64,000 nt of DNA. It comes from Dictyostelium discoideum. Lineage: Eukaryota. Location of the stretch: positions 4,320,001 through 4,384,000 of the forward strand of contig CM000153.2 of the NCBI GenBank assembly GCA_000004695.1. The letters are read 5' to 3'. Position numbers and translations under genes: made by a program. Of this stretch, positions 1 to 12,233 are shown in pieces (position 1 is the stretch's first letter; each line of letters starts with the position of its first letter). The notes below the pieces were generated by a model. It was not told where the DNA came from. It was given only the letters and a program-made list of their open reading frames with translations, and did no database searches.

Positions 1-64
1 TAAAAAAAAACATTGTAGCATTATTTTTTATCTAATTTCTTTTATTTTTATATAGTCTCCTTTA

Positions 65-818
65 ATGTCATCACCAACAATTCCATCACATGATTTGAGT
101 GGTTTATCAACCTTAATGAATATTGTAGACAGTCAACAAGGTGGTAACTCCAATAATCAACAATCACAACTCAACCAAAATCGTTCACCAACACAACAAC
201 CACTAATTCAACAACAAATACAGCAACAATTTCAACAATTACAACAACAACAACAACTACAACAACAACAACAACAACAACAACAGCAACAACAACAACA
301 ACACAATCCAATGCAACAACCACAAATTCACCAACAAATTCAACAACAATTCCAACAACATCAACATCATCATCAGCACCAACAACACCAACACCAACAG
401 CAACAACAGCAACAACAACAATATCAACAACATAATCAAAACCAACAACATAATCAAAACCAACAACATAATCAAAGCCAACATAATCAAAACCAACAAA
501 ATCAGTCATATCCATTCGATCCACAGTATTATTTACAAAGATCAACCCAACAACAAACACAATCACCTCCTGCACATTTAAATTACCAGTCACCACAGTA
601 TTATAATCAACAAAAACAGGAGGGTTTAGGTATTATTGAACAACAAAGAAGGATAATTGAACAATCAGGCCAACCATATTTTGGTAAGTAATAAAAAACA
701 TTGTAACTAAATTAAAAACATTGTTACCAAATCAAAAAACTAACCTTTTTTTTTTTATAATTTTATTTTTACTTTATATAATTTTTTAAAAATAGGAAAC
801 TATAACAATAATAAATAA
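65..818 (+). CDS. Gln-rich low-complexity protein. Exon 1 is 65..683; the 3' end is uncertain, and a candidate 23-nt terminal exon at 796..818 is one of two possible models.
   Basis: ORF 65-691 (208 aa) is dominated by in-frame CAA/CAG runs. A GTAAGT donor lies at 684-689, leaving phase 1. One model uses the acceptor aaaatag at 795 and gives the terminal exon GGAAACTATAACAATAATAAATAA. The alternative uses the stronger polypyrimidine+ttttag acceptor near 950 and gives EIEKRRFTIV... No conserved domain was recognised. Confidence 0.4.
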
Positions 819-1107
819 AAATAAACCAGATTATTTTGGTTTAAACATATATGTATAAAAAAAAAAAACAATAGAAAAGTTATTTTTGTTTTGTTTTTTT
901 TTTTTTGTTTGTTTATTTTTTTTTTTTTTGTTTTTTTTTTTTTGTTTTTAGAAATTGAAAAAAGAAGATTTACAATTGTGTAAGTATCATAACTAAAAGA
1001 GATTAAAGTTTCCATTCATTTGGCAAACTATTATTGTTTGGATCTATATACATTTGGTGGTCTTCTTTCTCTCAGAGTGCATGAATACATTCATGGATTA
1101 TAATAGG

Positions 1108-1704
1108 TTATAAATCACTACCAAAAGTATTTTCACCACTAAAAAATAGTAAAATTAAGAATAATATGTTAGAATTATAAGATTTGTAAATAAATAAAAA
1201 AAAGATAAAAAAAGAAATGCATACCTGTAAGTAATGTATAAAAATCCATCTTCATCCTTATAACGTTCATAAATTTGAGAAATTAAAGCAGCAGTTGGTG
1301 GGATAGTATTATTAACAAACAAATAAATGGCTTTTTCAGCACTAACTTTGGTCATATGCTTTCTAATTTCATAAACAAATTTACCAACAGTAATATCAGC
1401 TGGTACTAAGTATTTCTTTTTATCGATGTCTGGTGCATCTGATCTTGGAGCTTTCTCTACAATAACTGGAATTCTATCAAGATACTTTGATCTAATACGT
1501 TCAGCTACTTCTCTTCTTTTGTCTATATTTATTTTATTTTATTTTATTTTATTTTGTTTTATTTTATTTTATTTTATTTTATTTTATTTTTTTCAAAAAA
1601 AAATTAAAATAGTTAGTAATTTATTATACGTAAATATTACTGTATTAATTTATTTAAAACATACCGAGTGGGTGGTCGTTTTTAAAGCTTGATACATGAA
1701 CCAT
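1108..1704 (-). CDS. atg8: Autophagy-related ubiquitin-like protein Atg8 (GABARAP/LC3 family), 122 aa. Exons on the minus strand are 1704..1665, 1522..1225 and 1138..1108.
   Basis: The spliced translation is [122 protein letters not shown]. The introns are GTATGT...ATATAG (intron 1, which contains the (ATTTT)n repeat) and GTATGC...TTTTTAG. All phases are consistent and the total is 369 nt. This is the canonical Atg8 fold sequence, with the C-terminal Gly that is exposed by Atg4 cleavage. Confidence 0.9.
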
Positions 1705-2588
1705 TTTATATTGTATATATTATAGAGTAATAATTTAAAAAAAAAAAATAAAAATAAAAATAAAAATAAAAGTTATAAGAAAAAAAGTGATATTAAATGT
1801 TTGTTTTAAAAACTATGTATTTAGGAAATTAGCAATATATTAAAGAAAAAAAAAAAAAAAAAGGTTTATATATAAAAAATATTTGTGTGGGTGTGTTAGA
1901 AAGTTAATTTTATTGAAAAAATGAGAAAACAAAATTGAAAAAAAAATAAAATTGAAAAAAAAATAAAATTGAAAAAAAAAATAAAAAAAATTTAATTAAA
2001 AAAAAAAAAAATTTAATTAAAAAAAAAAAAAATTTTAAATAAATAAATATTTTTTATTAGCTGGTTTGGTATTATTAAAATGTAATAATATTAAAAAAAA
2101 AATTTTAAAAAATTTTATTTTTTAATTTTTTTTTAATTTATTTGATTTTAAAAAATTATTATAAGCAAAAAAAAAAAATAAAAAAATAAAAAAATTATCC
2201 CATGTACTACTTTCATTTTTTTTTACCAAATCTAATAACCCGCTGTGTTGGAAATTTTAAAATAATAATTATATTAAAATGAGATTGAAAAAATAAAAAA
2301 TTATCAAATATAGGTTTTGTCCTTAAATATTCTTAATTTTTTTTTTTATTTTTTTTTTTTCTTTTTTCTTCTTTTTTTTCTCTTTTTTTTTTTTTTTTTC
2401 TTTTTTTTTTTCCTTTAACGTAAATTTAAACAATTATTAAAGATTTTGAACTTTAGATATCCAGTTATAAATGCCAATGAATCTTAATTTATATACTATT
2501 TTTTTTTATTTTTTTTTTTATAATTATTTTTTTTTATTATAAATATTATTTTTAATTATGTACAAACGAGGTTTTTTAATTATTATTA

Positions 2589-2627
<39 letters not shown>

Positions 2628-2635
2628 GAAAATTT

Positions 2636-3120
2636 TCATTCCAAACCAAACTTTTGTTTTAATAAATCTAATTCTTTCTTTTTTGCTTGATGATCCATTT
2701 TCTTTTGTTGTTTTTGTTGTTGATAATATAATACTACTAAATATCTATTATTTACATTATAACCTGAAAGATGTTCACATGCATTTCTTGCGTCAAATAT
2801 ATCTTCATAAACAACAAATGCTGTACCCATTGTTTCTGTTGTATTACCTAACCTTATTTGTCTAATAGCTCCATAATTTGAAAATATACCATATAATTCC
2901 TCTGATGATATTTTAAATGGTAAATTTCTAGAATATTAAAAATAATTCAAAGAGAATAATAATTATTGTTGTTATTATTAGAATTAGTATGAGTGAGAAT
3001 AATAAAATGAATATTTAATAATTATATAAAATAGCAATTAATATAACTTTTTACATACTTTACATATAAAATTCTATTGATTTCTGGTGGTAATTTTGAT
3101 ACCTTTTTTAATGTGGTCAT
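2636..3120 (-). CDS. Pre-mRNA branch-site protein p14 (SF3b 14 kDa subunit, SF3B6), an RRM protein of 117 aa. Exons on the minus strand are 3120..3059 and 2927..2636.
   Basis: The translation is [21 protein letters not shown]|[71 protein letters not shown]... It aligns with human SF3B6 ([20 protein letters not shown]...[37 protein letters not shown]). The donor GTATGT is at 3058 and the acceptor ttctag at 2928; the phase-2 join is consistent. Confidence 0.85.
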
Positions 3121-3541
3121 TGTATTTCAAATAGTTTCTAAATCAAGAAAAAGAAACAAAAAAAAAAAAAAAAAAAAATTAAAAATAAAATAAAAATTCA
3201 AAAAAAAATTAAAAAAAATAAAAAAAAAAAGTTAAAAAATTTTTTTTTTTTTTTTTCCCTTAGTAAAATTCCTTAAAGGAAATTTTATTTAATAATCCAA
3301 ATATTTCTAAATTGGTTTAATTGTTTTGTTTTATATCTTTAAAAGTTCAAATATAAAGGGAATTTGGGGAAAAAAAAAAAATGTACAAATATAAAAAATA
3401 AAATAAAATAAAATAAAAATGTACAAATAAAATAAAAATAATAAGGTGTCTCAATTGTTAATTATTAAAGCAAAAACTTTTTTTCGAATTTAATTTTTAT
3501 AATAAATTAAATAAAATAATATTTTTTAATATTGAACAATG

Positions 3542-3593
<52 letters not shown>

Positions 3594-4088
3594 CAATCAC
3601 CGATATTGAATATATTGCTTATATTGATGACAGTTATTTAAAAAAAAAAAAGTTTCATTTAAAAACACTGACAAAACCGTTAAAAACTTTGTGGAGAAAA
3701 AAAAAAAAAAAAAATAAAAAAAAAGTTTAAAAAAAAAAAAAAAATTGGTTTAACGGTATAAATAATTTCAAATTTGAAAAAAAAAAAAAAAATATTTTAT
3801 TTTGTTAACACACCCCAAATAATTTATACATATTCGTTTCAATATAAAAAAAAATAAAAAAAATAAATAATAATAATAATAATAACAACAATAATAATAA
3901 TAATAATAATAAATAAATAAACAAATATATAATATAAATAAAAAAATAAAAATAAATAATAAATAAAAAAATAAATAAATAAATAGATAAATAAATAGAT
4001 AAAAAAATAAATAAAATAAATAAAAAAATAAGCAAACAAAAACAAACAAATAAATAAATAAATAATTAAAAACAAAAATAAAAATAAA

Positions 4089-5444
4089 ATGTCAGAAACA
4101 GAAAATAAAACCACAACTGAAACACCAACAACAACAGATAGTACTGTTACTACTAAAGAAGTTAAAGTACCAAAAGCAACATCAAAAGGAAATGATGATT
4201 ATTTCTTTGTAAAAAATGTTAAAAATCAATTATCAAACACACGTACTCGTGCAACTGTTGATCGTTTAGCACCAACACCACCATTATCACAAGCTGCCAA
4301 AAGAAAATTAATAGACACCAAAGAGAGAAAGGAAAAGAAGGAAAAGAAAGAAAAAGAACCAAAAGAACCAAAAGAACCAAAAGAAAAAGCTAAAAAGAAA
4401 GCAAAGACTGAAAAAAAGAAAGATGATGGTGATGAGGAAGAAGACGAAGAAAAAGAAGAAGACGAAGAACAAAAAGAAGAACAATCTCAAGAAGAAGATT
4501 CAGAGGAATCAGAAGAAGAACAAAACTCTGATGAAGATAAAAAGAAAAAGAAGAAACAAGCCAAAAAAGTAGCAAAGAAAGAAACTGAACCAAAAAAGAA
4601 AGAAGCCAAACCAAAGAAAGAAGCCAAACCAAAGAAAGAAACCACCAAAAAAGAAAAAGAAGCCACAACTACTAGTAGTGATTCTACTGAAAAGAAAGAA
4701 AAAGAAGAAAAACCAAAGAAAGAAAAGAAAATATCCAAAAAAGATCAAGCTGCTGCCGAAAAAAAAAAAGATGGTGATGATTCAACTACTACCACTGCCA
4801 CCGCCACCACCACTACTGATGATTCCACTGAAAATAAAGAAGAAAAGAAAGACAAAAAAACAACTAAAAAACCAGCCGCCGCTGAAAAAAAGAAAGTTAA
4901 AAAAGATGGTGATGATGATGAAACTGCTGCTGCTGCCACTGAGGAGAAAAAGGATGAAGAGAAATCTGAAGAAAAAGAGAAAAAAGAAACTAAAAAACCA
5001 GCTGCACCAAAGAAACCAGCTGCCGCTGAAAAAAAGAAAACCGCTGCAAATCCAACCGATAAAAAAGATGGTGAAAATAAAGATGTAACTCCATCTGATG
5101 ATAAACCAGCTGCTACCACCACCACCACCACCGCCGCCGCTGCAACCACCACTGAAGAACCAAAAGAAAAGATAACAAAACCAGCCGCTGATAAAAAGAA
5201 AGCACCAGCAAACAAAAAAGCTGAAAAAGACCAATCATCATCTGATGAATCTGCCAACAAAGAGACAACCACCGCCACCACTACCACCACTAACAAAGAT
5301 GCCACCGCTCCAACTACCACCACCAACAAAGATGCCACCGCTCCAACTACCACAACCACTAAAGATAATGTAGATGAAGCCTCAGTAAAAAAGACAGCCA
5401 ACTCAGCCCCAAAAAAGGAAGCAGCCAAAAATAAATCAAAATAA
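4089..5444 (+). CDS. Lys/Glu/Thr-rich acidic low-complexity protein, 451 aa, single exon.
   Basis: The reading frame is long and uninterrupted with normal codon usage. The protein has (KEKKEKKEKEPKEPKEPKE), acidic EEEDEE blocks and poly-Thr/Ala. No conserved domain was recognised; it resembles nucleolar or chromatin-associated protein composition. The antisense ORFs over this region are repeat artefacts. Confidence 0.55.
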   Translation: MSETENKTTTETPTTTDSTVTTKEVKVPKATSKGNDDYFFVKNVKNQLSNTRTRATVDRLAPTPPLSQAAKRKLIDTKERKEKKEKKEKEPKEPKEPKEKAKKKAKTEKKKDDGDEEEDEEKEEDEEQKEEQSQEEDSEESEEEQNSDEDKKKKKKQAKKVAKKETEPKKKEAKPKKEAKPKKETTKKEKEATTTSSDSTEKKEKEEKPKKEKKISKKDQAAAEKKKDGDDSTTTTATATTTTDDSTENKEEKKDKKTTKKPAAAEKKKVKKDGDDDETAAAATEEKKDEEKSEEKEKKETKKPAAPKKPAAAEKKKTAANPTDKKDGENKDVTPSDDKPAATTTTTTAAAATTTEEPKEKITKPAADKKKAPANKKAEKDQSSSDESANKETTTATTTTTNKDATAPTTTTNKDATAPTTTTTKDNVDEASVKKTANSAPKKEAAKNKSK

Positions 5445-6008
5445 ATCAATTAAACCAATTTAAACAGGAAAAAAAAAAAAAAGAAAAAAAAAAAAAAGAA
5501 AATAAAATAAAAAAAAAAAATAAAAAATTAAAAATTAAAAAAAAAAAAGAAATAAAAAAGTTAAATAAATAAATAAATATTTATATAAAAAAAAAAAGTA
5601 ATAATTATTTAATTTCCAAGAACAATTTTAAGTTATTATTTTATTATTATTATTTTTTTTTTTTTTAATATAAAAATAATTAATAAAAAAAAAAAAAAAT
5701 AAAATGAAATAATAAAATTATAAAACAATAAAATAAAAACTCATCGGATTGATTTGAAAAGTCGTATTTGCAATATCCTTAAAACTTTTTTTTATTTTTT
5801 TTATTTTTATTTTTATTTTTTTTTTTTTATTTTTATTTTTTTTTTTTTTTTTTTTTTTTTTTTGGTTTTTTTTGATTATTTTTAAACCACTCTTGTCCAT
5901 AAAAAAAAAAAACTTTAATACGAAAAAAAAAGAGAATAATAAAAAAAAAAAAAAAACAAAACAAAATACAAATAAACACTCAGTAATAATTAAATAAATA
6001 AAATTAAA

Positions 6009-7169
6009 ATGCTTAGTTTAAGTTCTTATGTGCTTAATCTAGTAGGATCAATACTGTGTTTAATTGGGTGTTTATTTATTATAGGTCACTTTTTTTGGAT
6101 ACCGTTACTACGTACATCATTATCAAGAATCATTATATATCCTACATTCATATTATTACTTTATGATATGGTTTCATTTCCATCATTTATATCAAAAACA
6201 GCAGACTTATATATAGAACGTTCAACAATTATTTGCAATTTTCAAGAAGCAATCATTCAATATTTAATATTATCAAACTTTATTTGGTCAGTTTGTATTT
6301 CAGTAAAGTAAGTTTTTTTTTTAATTTATTTTTATTTATAAATTATTTATTTACTATATAAACTAACCATTATATTTATATATGTATATATAAAGTTTAT
6401 TATATTTATGTTTTTCACCGAATAAGAATTTAAAAAAAAATGAACTTTTATATCATTTATGTAGTTGGGGTATTCCTTTAATTGTTGTAGTTATTACTAA
6501 AATACCTAATATGATAAGTGATAATGGTAATCAGTAAGTGTTATTAAATTTACTTTTTAATTTTTTTTTTTTTTTTTTTTCTATATAGAAATATACTAAA
6601 ATAAAATTTATAGGTGTAGATTTAAAAGTCCAAATTATATTAAATTTTATTTAGAAACAATATTGTTTATAGCGTTTATGTTATTTAATTTTATAGTTGC
6701 ATTTATTACAATTAAGCATATTATTAGTGGAAATTTAAGAGAATCAGAGACAACAACAACAAGTGTACTATTTGTAAATGAAAAGAAAATTACAACTAAA
6801 AAAATAGTTTGGAGATTATTATTATATCCAAGTATATTATCAATTTGTTATATTATGACTTTAGTTTTATCAATTTATCAATTTTCAACAGAATCTTATG
6901 GTAGTGGTGGTGCTTATGCTAATAGTATCAACAATAAAAGAAATGATAAAAATACAGAAAGTGGTAATAGTAATAATAATAATAATAGTTATATAGAAAT
7001 TTTATTATATATTTCAAAGGCAATATTCTTATTACAAGGTTTTTTCAATGCATTGGTTTATTTACGTTCTTCGAAATTAAGAGATCGTTATAAGAAAATA
7101 ACTATTTTTAGAAAAATATTTTGGAGGGATGAAGCTGATTATCAATCAATTAATGATGGTTTTAATTGA
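6009..7169 (+). CDS. Seven-transmembrane cAMP-receptor-like (Crl/cAR family) GPCR, ~307 aa. Exons are 6009..6307, 6465..6533 and 6614..7169.
   Basis: Seven hydrophobic helices are present. The exon-2 motif NWGIPLIVVVIT matches cAR1 CWGLPLISTIVM, and TM5/TM6 are collinear with cAR1. TM7 carries LLQGFFNALVYL. Donors GTAAGT at 6308 and 6534 leave phase 2, and the acceptors tatgtag at 6464 and tttatag at 6613 restore the frame. Confidence 0.6.
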
Positions 7170-7472
7170 TAAAATATAAATGATATTTACAATATATATA
7201 TATCATGGTAAAATAAAAAAAAAAAAAAAAAAAAAAAAACAAAACAAATTTTAGAAGTTTTTATCCAAAAAAAAAAAAAAAAAAAAAAAATAAGGTTAAT
7301 TCGTATTGAATTTTTATTTTTATTTTTATTTTTATTTCTATTTTTATTTTTTTTTTTTTATTTCTTTTTTTTTTTTTTTTTCAAAAATAAAAAAAGTTGA
7401 CCATTTTTTGTGATTAAAAATAAAATTTTAATTTTTTTTTTTTTTAAATTTTTTCAAAATCTGTTTTGTGGA

Positions 7473-7503
<31 letters not shown>

Positions 7504-7627
7504 AAAAAAAAAGAAAAAAAAAAAAAAAACAACACTCTCATCACACATTTAATTTTTTTTTTTTTTTTTTTTAACTTGTATATATCCTTTATTTTTATTT
7601 TCTTTTTTTCTTTTTCAATATTAAAAA

Positions 7628-9068
7628 ATGACATCATTGGAAACGTATAATGATAATGTAAAGACCGCTTTAATTATGTGTTTTTTAAGTGGTCTTTCAA
7701 CAGCCATTGGTAAGTATATAATTATAGCTATAATTAAATAAATTCCAATTATTTATTTAAATAATTCAATTCAAATTACTCAACCCAATCTTTTTTTTTT
7801 TATTTTTTATATTCACAACAATATTATAGGTGGATTATATGTAATTTTCATTAAACAACAATCTCATAAATTATTAGGTCATTTATTAAGTTTTTCATCA
7901 GGTGTTATGATTTATATATCATTTATGGATCTATTACCAGAATCAATTGCAGAAATTGGGTTTTATAATGCAAATATATGGGTATGATATCATTATTTTA
8001 TTTTAAACTTTTTTTTTTTTTTTTTTAATAAATCTAATTTTATTTCTTTTTTTTTTTTTTTTTTTTTTTCAAAACTATAGTTTTTTGTAGGTATTATATT
8101 TTTTGCAGTAATTTTAAGATTTGTACCACATGATCATGATGAAAGTGGTGATTCAAATCATGCTCACTCACATAATGGTGCAAGTATAGAGAAACATAGT
8201 AGTGAAAAAAAAGAAGTAGTGGATGATGATGATGATGATAATAATGGTAAAGATAAAAAACAAAAGCAACAAAAACAAAAACAACAAAAACAACAACAAC
8301 AACAAAAACAAAATATTGCAAAATCAAAGAATAAGAAAAAGAGTAAAGATGATTATTTAAATAGTGTTGGTATTGCAACAGCAATTGGAGTTAGTCTTCA
8401 TAATTTCCCAGAAGGTGTTGCAGTTTATTTGGCATGTTTAAAGGGTATTGATGTTGGTTTACCATTGATGCTTGCAATTGCAGCTCATAATATTCCAGAG
8501 GGTATGGCAGTTGCTGCTCCAATCTTTTCTGCAACTGGTAGTAAATGGAAAGCTTTTAAATATTGTTTATATAGTGGTCTTTGTGAACCAGTTGGTGCTA
8601 TTATCTTTGGTTTAATCTTTAAAGAATATATGACACCTTATTTAATTCAATCAATGTTAGCCGCTGGTAAGTTTATTTTAAATATTTATTTAAATATTTT
8701 CATTTAAAGTTTTACTAATTCAATTTTTCAATTTTTATTATGTTATTATTATTATTATTATTATTATAGTTGCTGGTATTATGGTATTTATGGTTATTAA
8801 AGAGTTATTACCAGCTGCATTTAAATATGTTTCAGTTGATGAATCTGCATTTTCAAATATTATTGGTATGATTTTCTTCTTCTTTTCAATTCATTTCTTA
8901 CATTCAATGTTACCGCATGACCATGGTGGTGCTGGTGATGGTGGCCATGGTCATTCACATGGTGGTCATGGCCATTCACATGGTCATGGTCATTCACATG
9001 GTGGACACTCTCATGATTCTCAACATGTTGAAAGTCCACAAAGTTCAAGTTTTAATGCATTTGCATAA
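7628..9068 (+). CDS. ZIP (Zrt/Irt-like, ZupT-type) zinc/iron transporter with a His-rich C-terminal tail. Exons are 7628..7709, 7830..7981, 8081..8666 and 8770..9068.
   Basis: The ZIP signature motifs HNFPEGVAVYLA and AIAAHNIPEGMAVAAPIF are present. An intracellular loop is rich in D, K and Q. The C-terminus reads HDHGGAGDGGHGHSHGGHGHSHGHGHSHGGHSHD. The introns are GTAAGT...TATTATAG, GTATGA...CTATAG and GTAAGT...TTATTATAG, with consistent phases. Confidence 0.8.
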
Positions 9069-9189
9069 GACCTTTTTTAAAAATTCCAGATTTTTTTTTT
9101 GGAAAATCAAAAAATCTATTCTTAGAAATAATAAAATATTAATAAAACTTTTTTTTTTTTTTTTTATCAATTTTTTGAAATTTTTAGCA

Positions 9190-9229
<40 letters not shown>

Positions 9230-9333
9230 TTCATTTTTAATAAAAGTAGTTGTAACTGATACACAATTAAATAAATATATAAATAAAATAAATAAAATAA
9301 TAAAATAAATAAAAATAAAAATTTAAAAAAAAG

Positions 9334-11840
9334 ATGACAACTACAATACCATTAAAAGAAGCAGTGGTTGTAATTTTAGATATAGGATTAGGTATGACAA
9401 GTAAAGATAGTGATGGAACAACAACAACAACATCATCAATTGAAGATGCATTAAGATCAGTTACATTATTATATCAACAAAAATTAATATATGGTAAAAA
9501 GGATCAATTAGGATTAGTTTTAATTGGAACAAAAGGTACAAAAAACAATTTACAAGATGATGGATATCAACATATTACAGTTGTAAGTGATATTGAAGAA
9601 CCATCAATTGAAACATTGAAATATTTAGAGAATTTAGCACCTGGTGAATCAAAAGGTGATGTCATTGATTCATTAATAGTTGCAATGGATATGTTAATTA
9701 GAAAAACTGAAAATAAAAAATATCAAAAACGTATTTTCCTTGTTACAAATGCAAGAGATCCAATTAATACTGAAGATTTATCAATTGTTAGAGATCAATT
9801 TAAAAAAATAGATGTAAAATTAAATATAATGTAATTATTATTATTATTATACTTTTTTAAATTTATTTTTTAAATGTATAAATTTTTATATTAATAAATT
9901 TTTATTATTATTATTATTATTATTTTTATTTATTTATATATAAAAAATAGAGGTGTTGACTTTTTAGAAGAAATAGAAGAAAATAATATGGATACAAGTA
10001 ATAATAATAAAAATAAAAGTTTAAAAGAAAAGAATGAAATATTTTTAAGAGAATTTGCAGAATCAGTTGATGGAGTATTAGTACCAGTTAAACAGGCATT
10101 AGAAATGATGAGCTTTTTTAGATCACAATCAGTAATGACTCGTACAAGTTTTAGAGGTGCATTAGAAATTACACCAGAATTAAAAATACCTGTATGGGGA
10201 TATTTAAAAATGAAACAACAATTATTACCATCCTTAAAAAAGATTTCATCAATAGCTCAACAACAAATTGAGCAACAACAACAACAACAACAACAACAAA
10301 ATAAAAATAAAAATAATGAAGATAATGAAGATAATGAAGAAGGTAAACCAAATATTACATTAGATGTTAATCAAGAAGTATCATATTATAGTATTACAGA
10401 TCCAGATAATGAAATTTTAAAACCAGATTTATTAAAAGGTTATAAATATGGTAAATCATTAATACCATTTTCAAAGATTGATGAGGATCAATTAAAATAT
10501 TCATCAAGTAAATGTTTGAAAGTTGTTGGATTCACAGATCGTAAATCAATACCAATCTATTATAATATGGGTAATACTGAAGTATTTGTATCACAACCTG
10601 GTGATAAACAATCAGAGGAAGCATTATCATCATTTATACATGCATTGGTTGAGACTGATCAAGTTATGGTGGTAAGATATGTAAAAACAATGAATGGATC
10701 ACCTTATCTTGGTTATATGATCCCACATGTAAAGAGTGATTATGTTTGTCTATATTATAATCATTTACCATTGGCTGATGATATTAGACAATATCAATTC
10801 CCACCAATTTCACCAAAGAATCCGTTAACTAGGAAATCAAATATACCAAATGCAGAACAATTGGAAGCAACTCAACAACTCATTGATTCAATGGATTTAA
10901 TGAAATCGGAATTCGATGAAGATGGTGACCCAATTCAAATGTTAAAACCAAGATTCACATACAATCCTTTACTTCAACATTTCTATCAATGTCTTCATCA
11001 TAGATCTTTACATCCAAATACTCAAATTCCAAAATTGGATCCTATAATAGCAGAGTATATTAACCCAGATCAAATCATTATGAATAAATCAAAACAATCA
11101 ATTAAAAACTTTGCAGATAAATTCCCCCTCACTAAAACCACTGTATTCTCTAAAACACCTGCTATCTCTGGTGGCAATACCAATGGCACAACATCCAATA
11201 CAAACAATACAATGATTGGTGGTGTAAAATATCATTGGAAAGATGGTATGTTAATTGGTGAGGAAATTAATTTAGATTCCTATGTCACCGATGATGGTTC
11301 CGAGGCTAAAAAGAGAAAGGTTAATGATTTCTCAGAGTTTTCATTGGATAAGTTGGTCTCTGGTTATGTTACAGAGGTTGGTACAATTAATCCTGTTCAA
11401 AACTTTAAAGATATGTTAAATAGAAGAGATATGGATCTTGTGGATAAAGCAATCACTTTAATGAAGGAAAGAATACTTCAATTGGTTAATGATTCACTTA
11501 GGGATCAATATTATCAAAAGGCTTTCGAATGTATAAAAGAATTAAGAGTTGGTTGTATTAGAGAATCAGAAGCTGAACAATTCAATGGTTTCCTCAAAGA
11601 TATGAGATCTTTATTTCAATCAAAGAAAAGAGATGACTTTTGGCAATATATCACTGCTGATGTAACTTCAATCCTTGGTGAGAAATCAATTAATTTAATC
11701 ACTCAAGATGAATGCGATTCTTCTGAAGTTACTCAAGAAGAGTTGGATCAATTTTTGGATAAAAAGGTTAAACAATTCAATCCTCCTCCAATTACAAATG
11801 TTAATACAGATTCGGTTGATGACTTATTCGATCAAATTGA

Positions 11841-11844
<4 letters not shown>
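9334..11844 (+). CDS. ku80: Ku80 (XRCC5), a non-homologous end-joining DNA-end-binding protein, ~784 aa. Exons are 9334..9830 and 9951..11844.
   Basis: The N-terminal vWA-like region (AVVVILDIGLGM...LVLIGTKGTKNN...VAMDMLIRK) and the Ku core (GYKYGKSLIPFSKIDEDQLKY...VVGF...ALSSFIHAL...VVRYV...PHVKSDYVCLYYNHLPLADDIRQYQF) are collinear with human Ku80 ([21 protein letters not shown]...ALSSLIHAL...IVRY...[26 protein letters not shown]). The donor GTAATT is at 9831 (phase 2) and the acceptor aaaaatag at 9950. Confidence 0.85.
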
Positions 11845-11884
<40 letters not shown>

Positions 11885-12005
11885 CTTAAAAAAAAAACAC
11901 TAAACAATTGGGTGATAATTATTTTTTATTTTTAACTTTTTTTTTTTTTTTCTTAAAATAGAATTCTATAAATAAATAAATAATTTATTTATTGTTTTAT
12001 TATTG

Positions 12006-12036
<31 letters not shown>

Positions 12037-12233
12037 ATTTATTTTTTTTTTTTGGAAAATTGAACAGGAAAAACAAAATTTAATTATTTATATATTCTAT
12101 GATTCCTTTAATTGATGAGTTTTGCAATTCATCTTGAGTTATTTCCACATTATTAATATAAAAAAAAAAAAAAAAAAAAAAACTTAATTATAGTACTAAA
12201 TTTTTTAAGAAATTGATTTTATTTTTATTTATT

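Noticed and set aside
171-596. Minus-strand ORFs of 141 aa and 80 aa, poly-V/L rich, antisense to the poly-Q gene.
   Set aside because: They are pure reverse-complement artefacts of the (CAA)n array (TTG gives L, GTT gives V). They have no start context and no complexity.
3539-3730. A 63-aa ORF beginning [18 protein letters not shown].
   Set aside because: It is the translation of an (A)52 homopolymer in an intergenic spacer, not a gene.
3768-4114. Three overlapping minus-strand ORFs, poly-F/Y/I rich.
   Set aside because: They lie on the AATA-rich simple repeat upstream of the 4089 gene and have no coding signal.
4308-5449. Multiple antisense and alternate-frame ORFs inside the Lys/Glu-rich gene, including a 234-aa minus-strand ORF.
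   Set aside because: They are reading-frame artefacts of the AAG/GAA-rich repeats. Only the sense frame has a start, normal codon usage and a compositional logic.
8860-9240. Overlapping His-rich ORFs on both strands at the ZIP gene 3' end.
   Set aside because: They are generated by the GGTCATGG/CCATGACC quasi-palindromic repeat that encodes the (HGHSHG)n tail. Only the frame continuous with the ZIP exon 4 is real.
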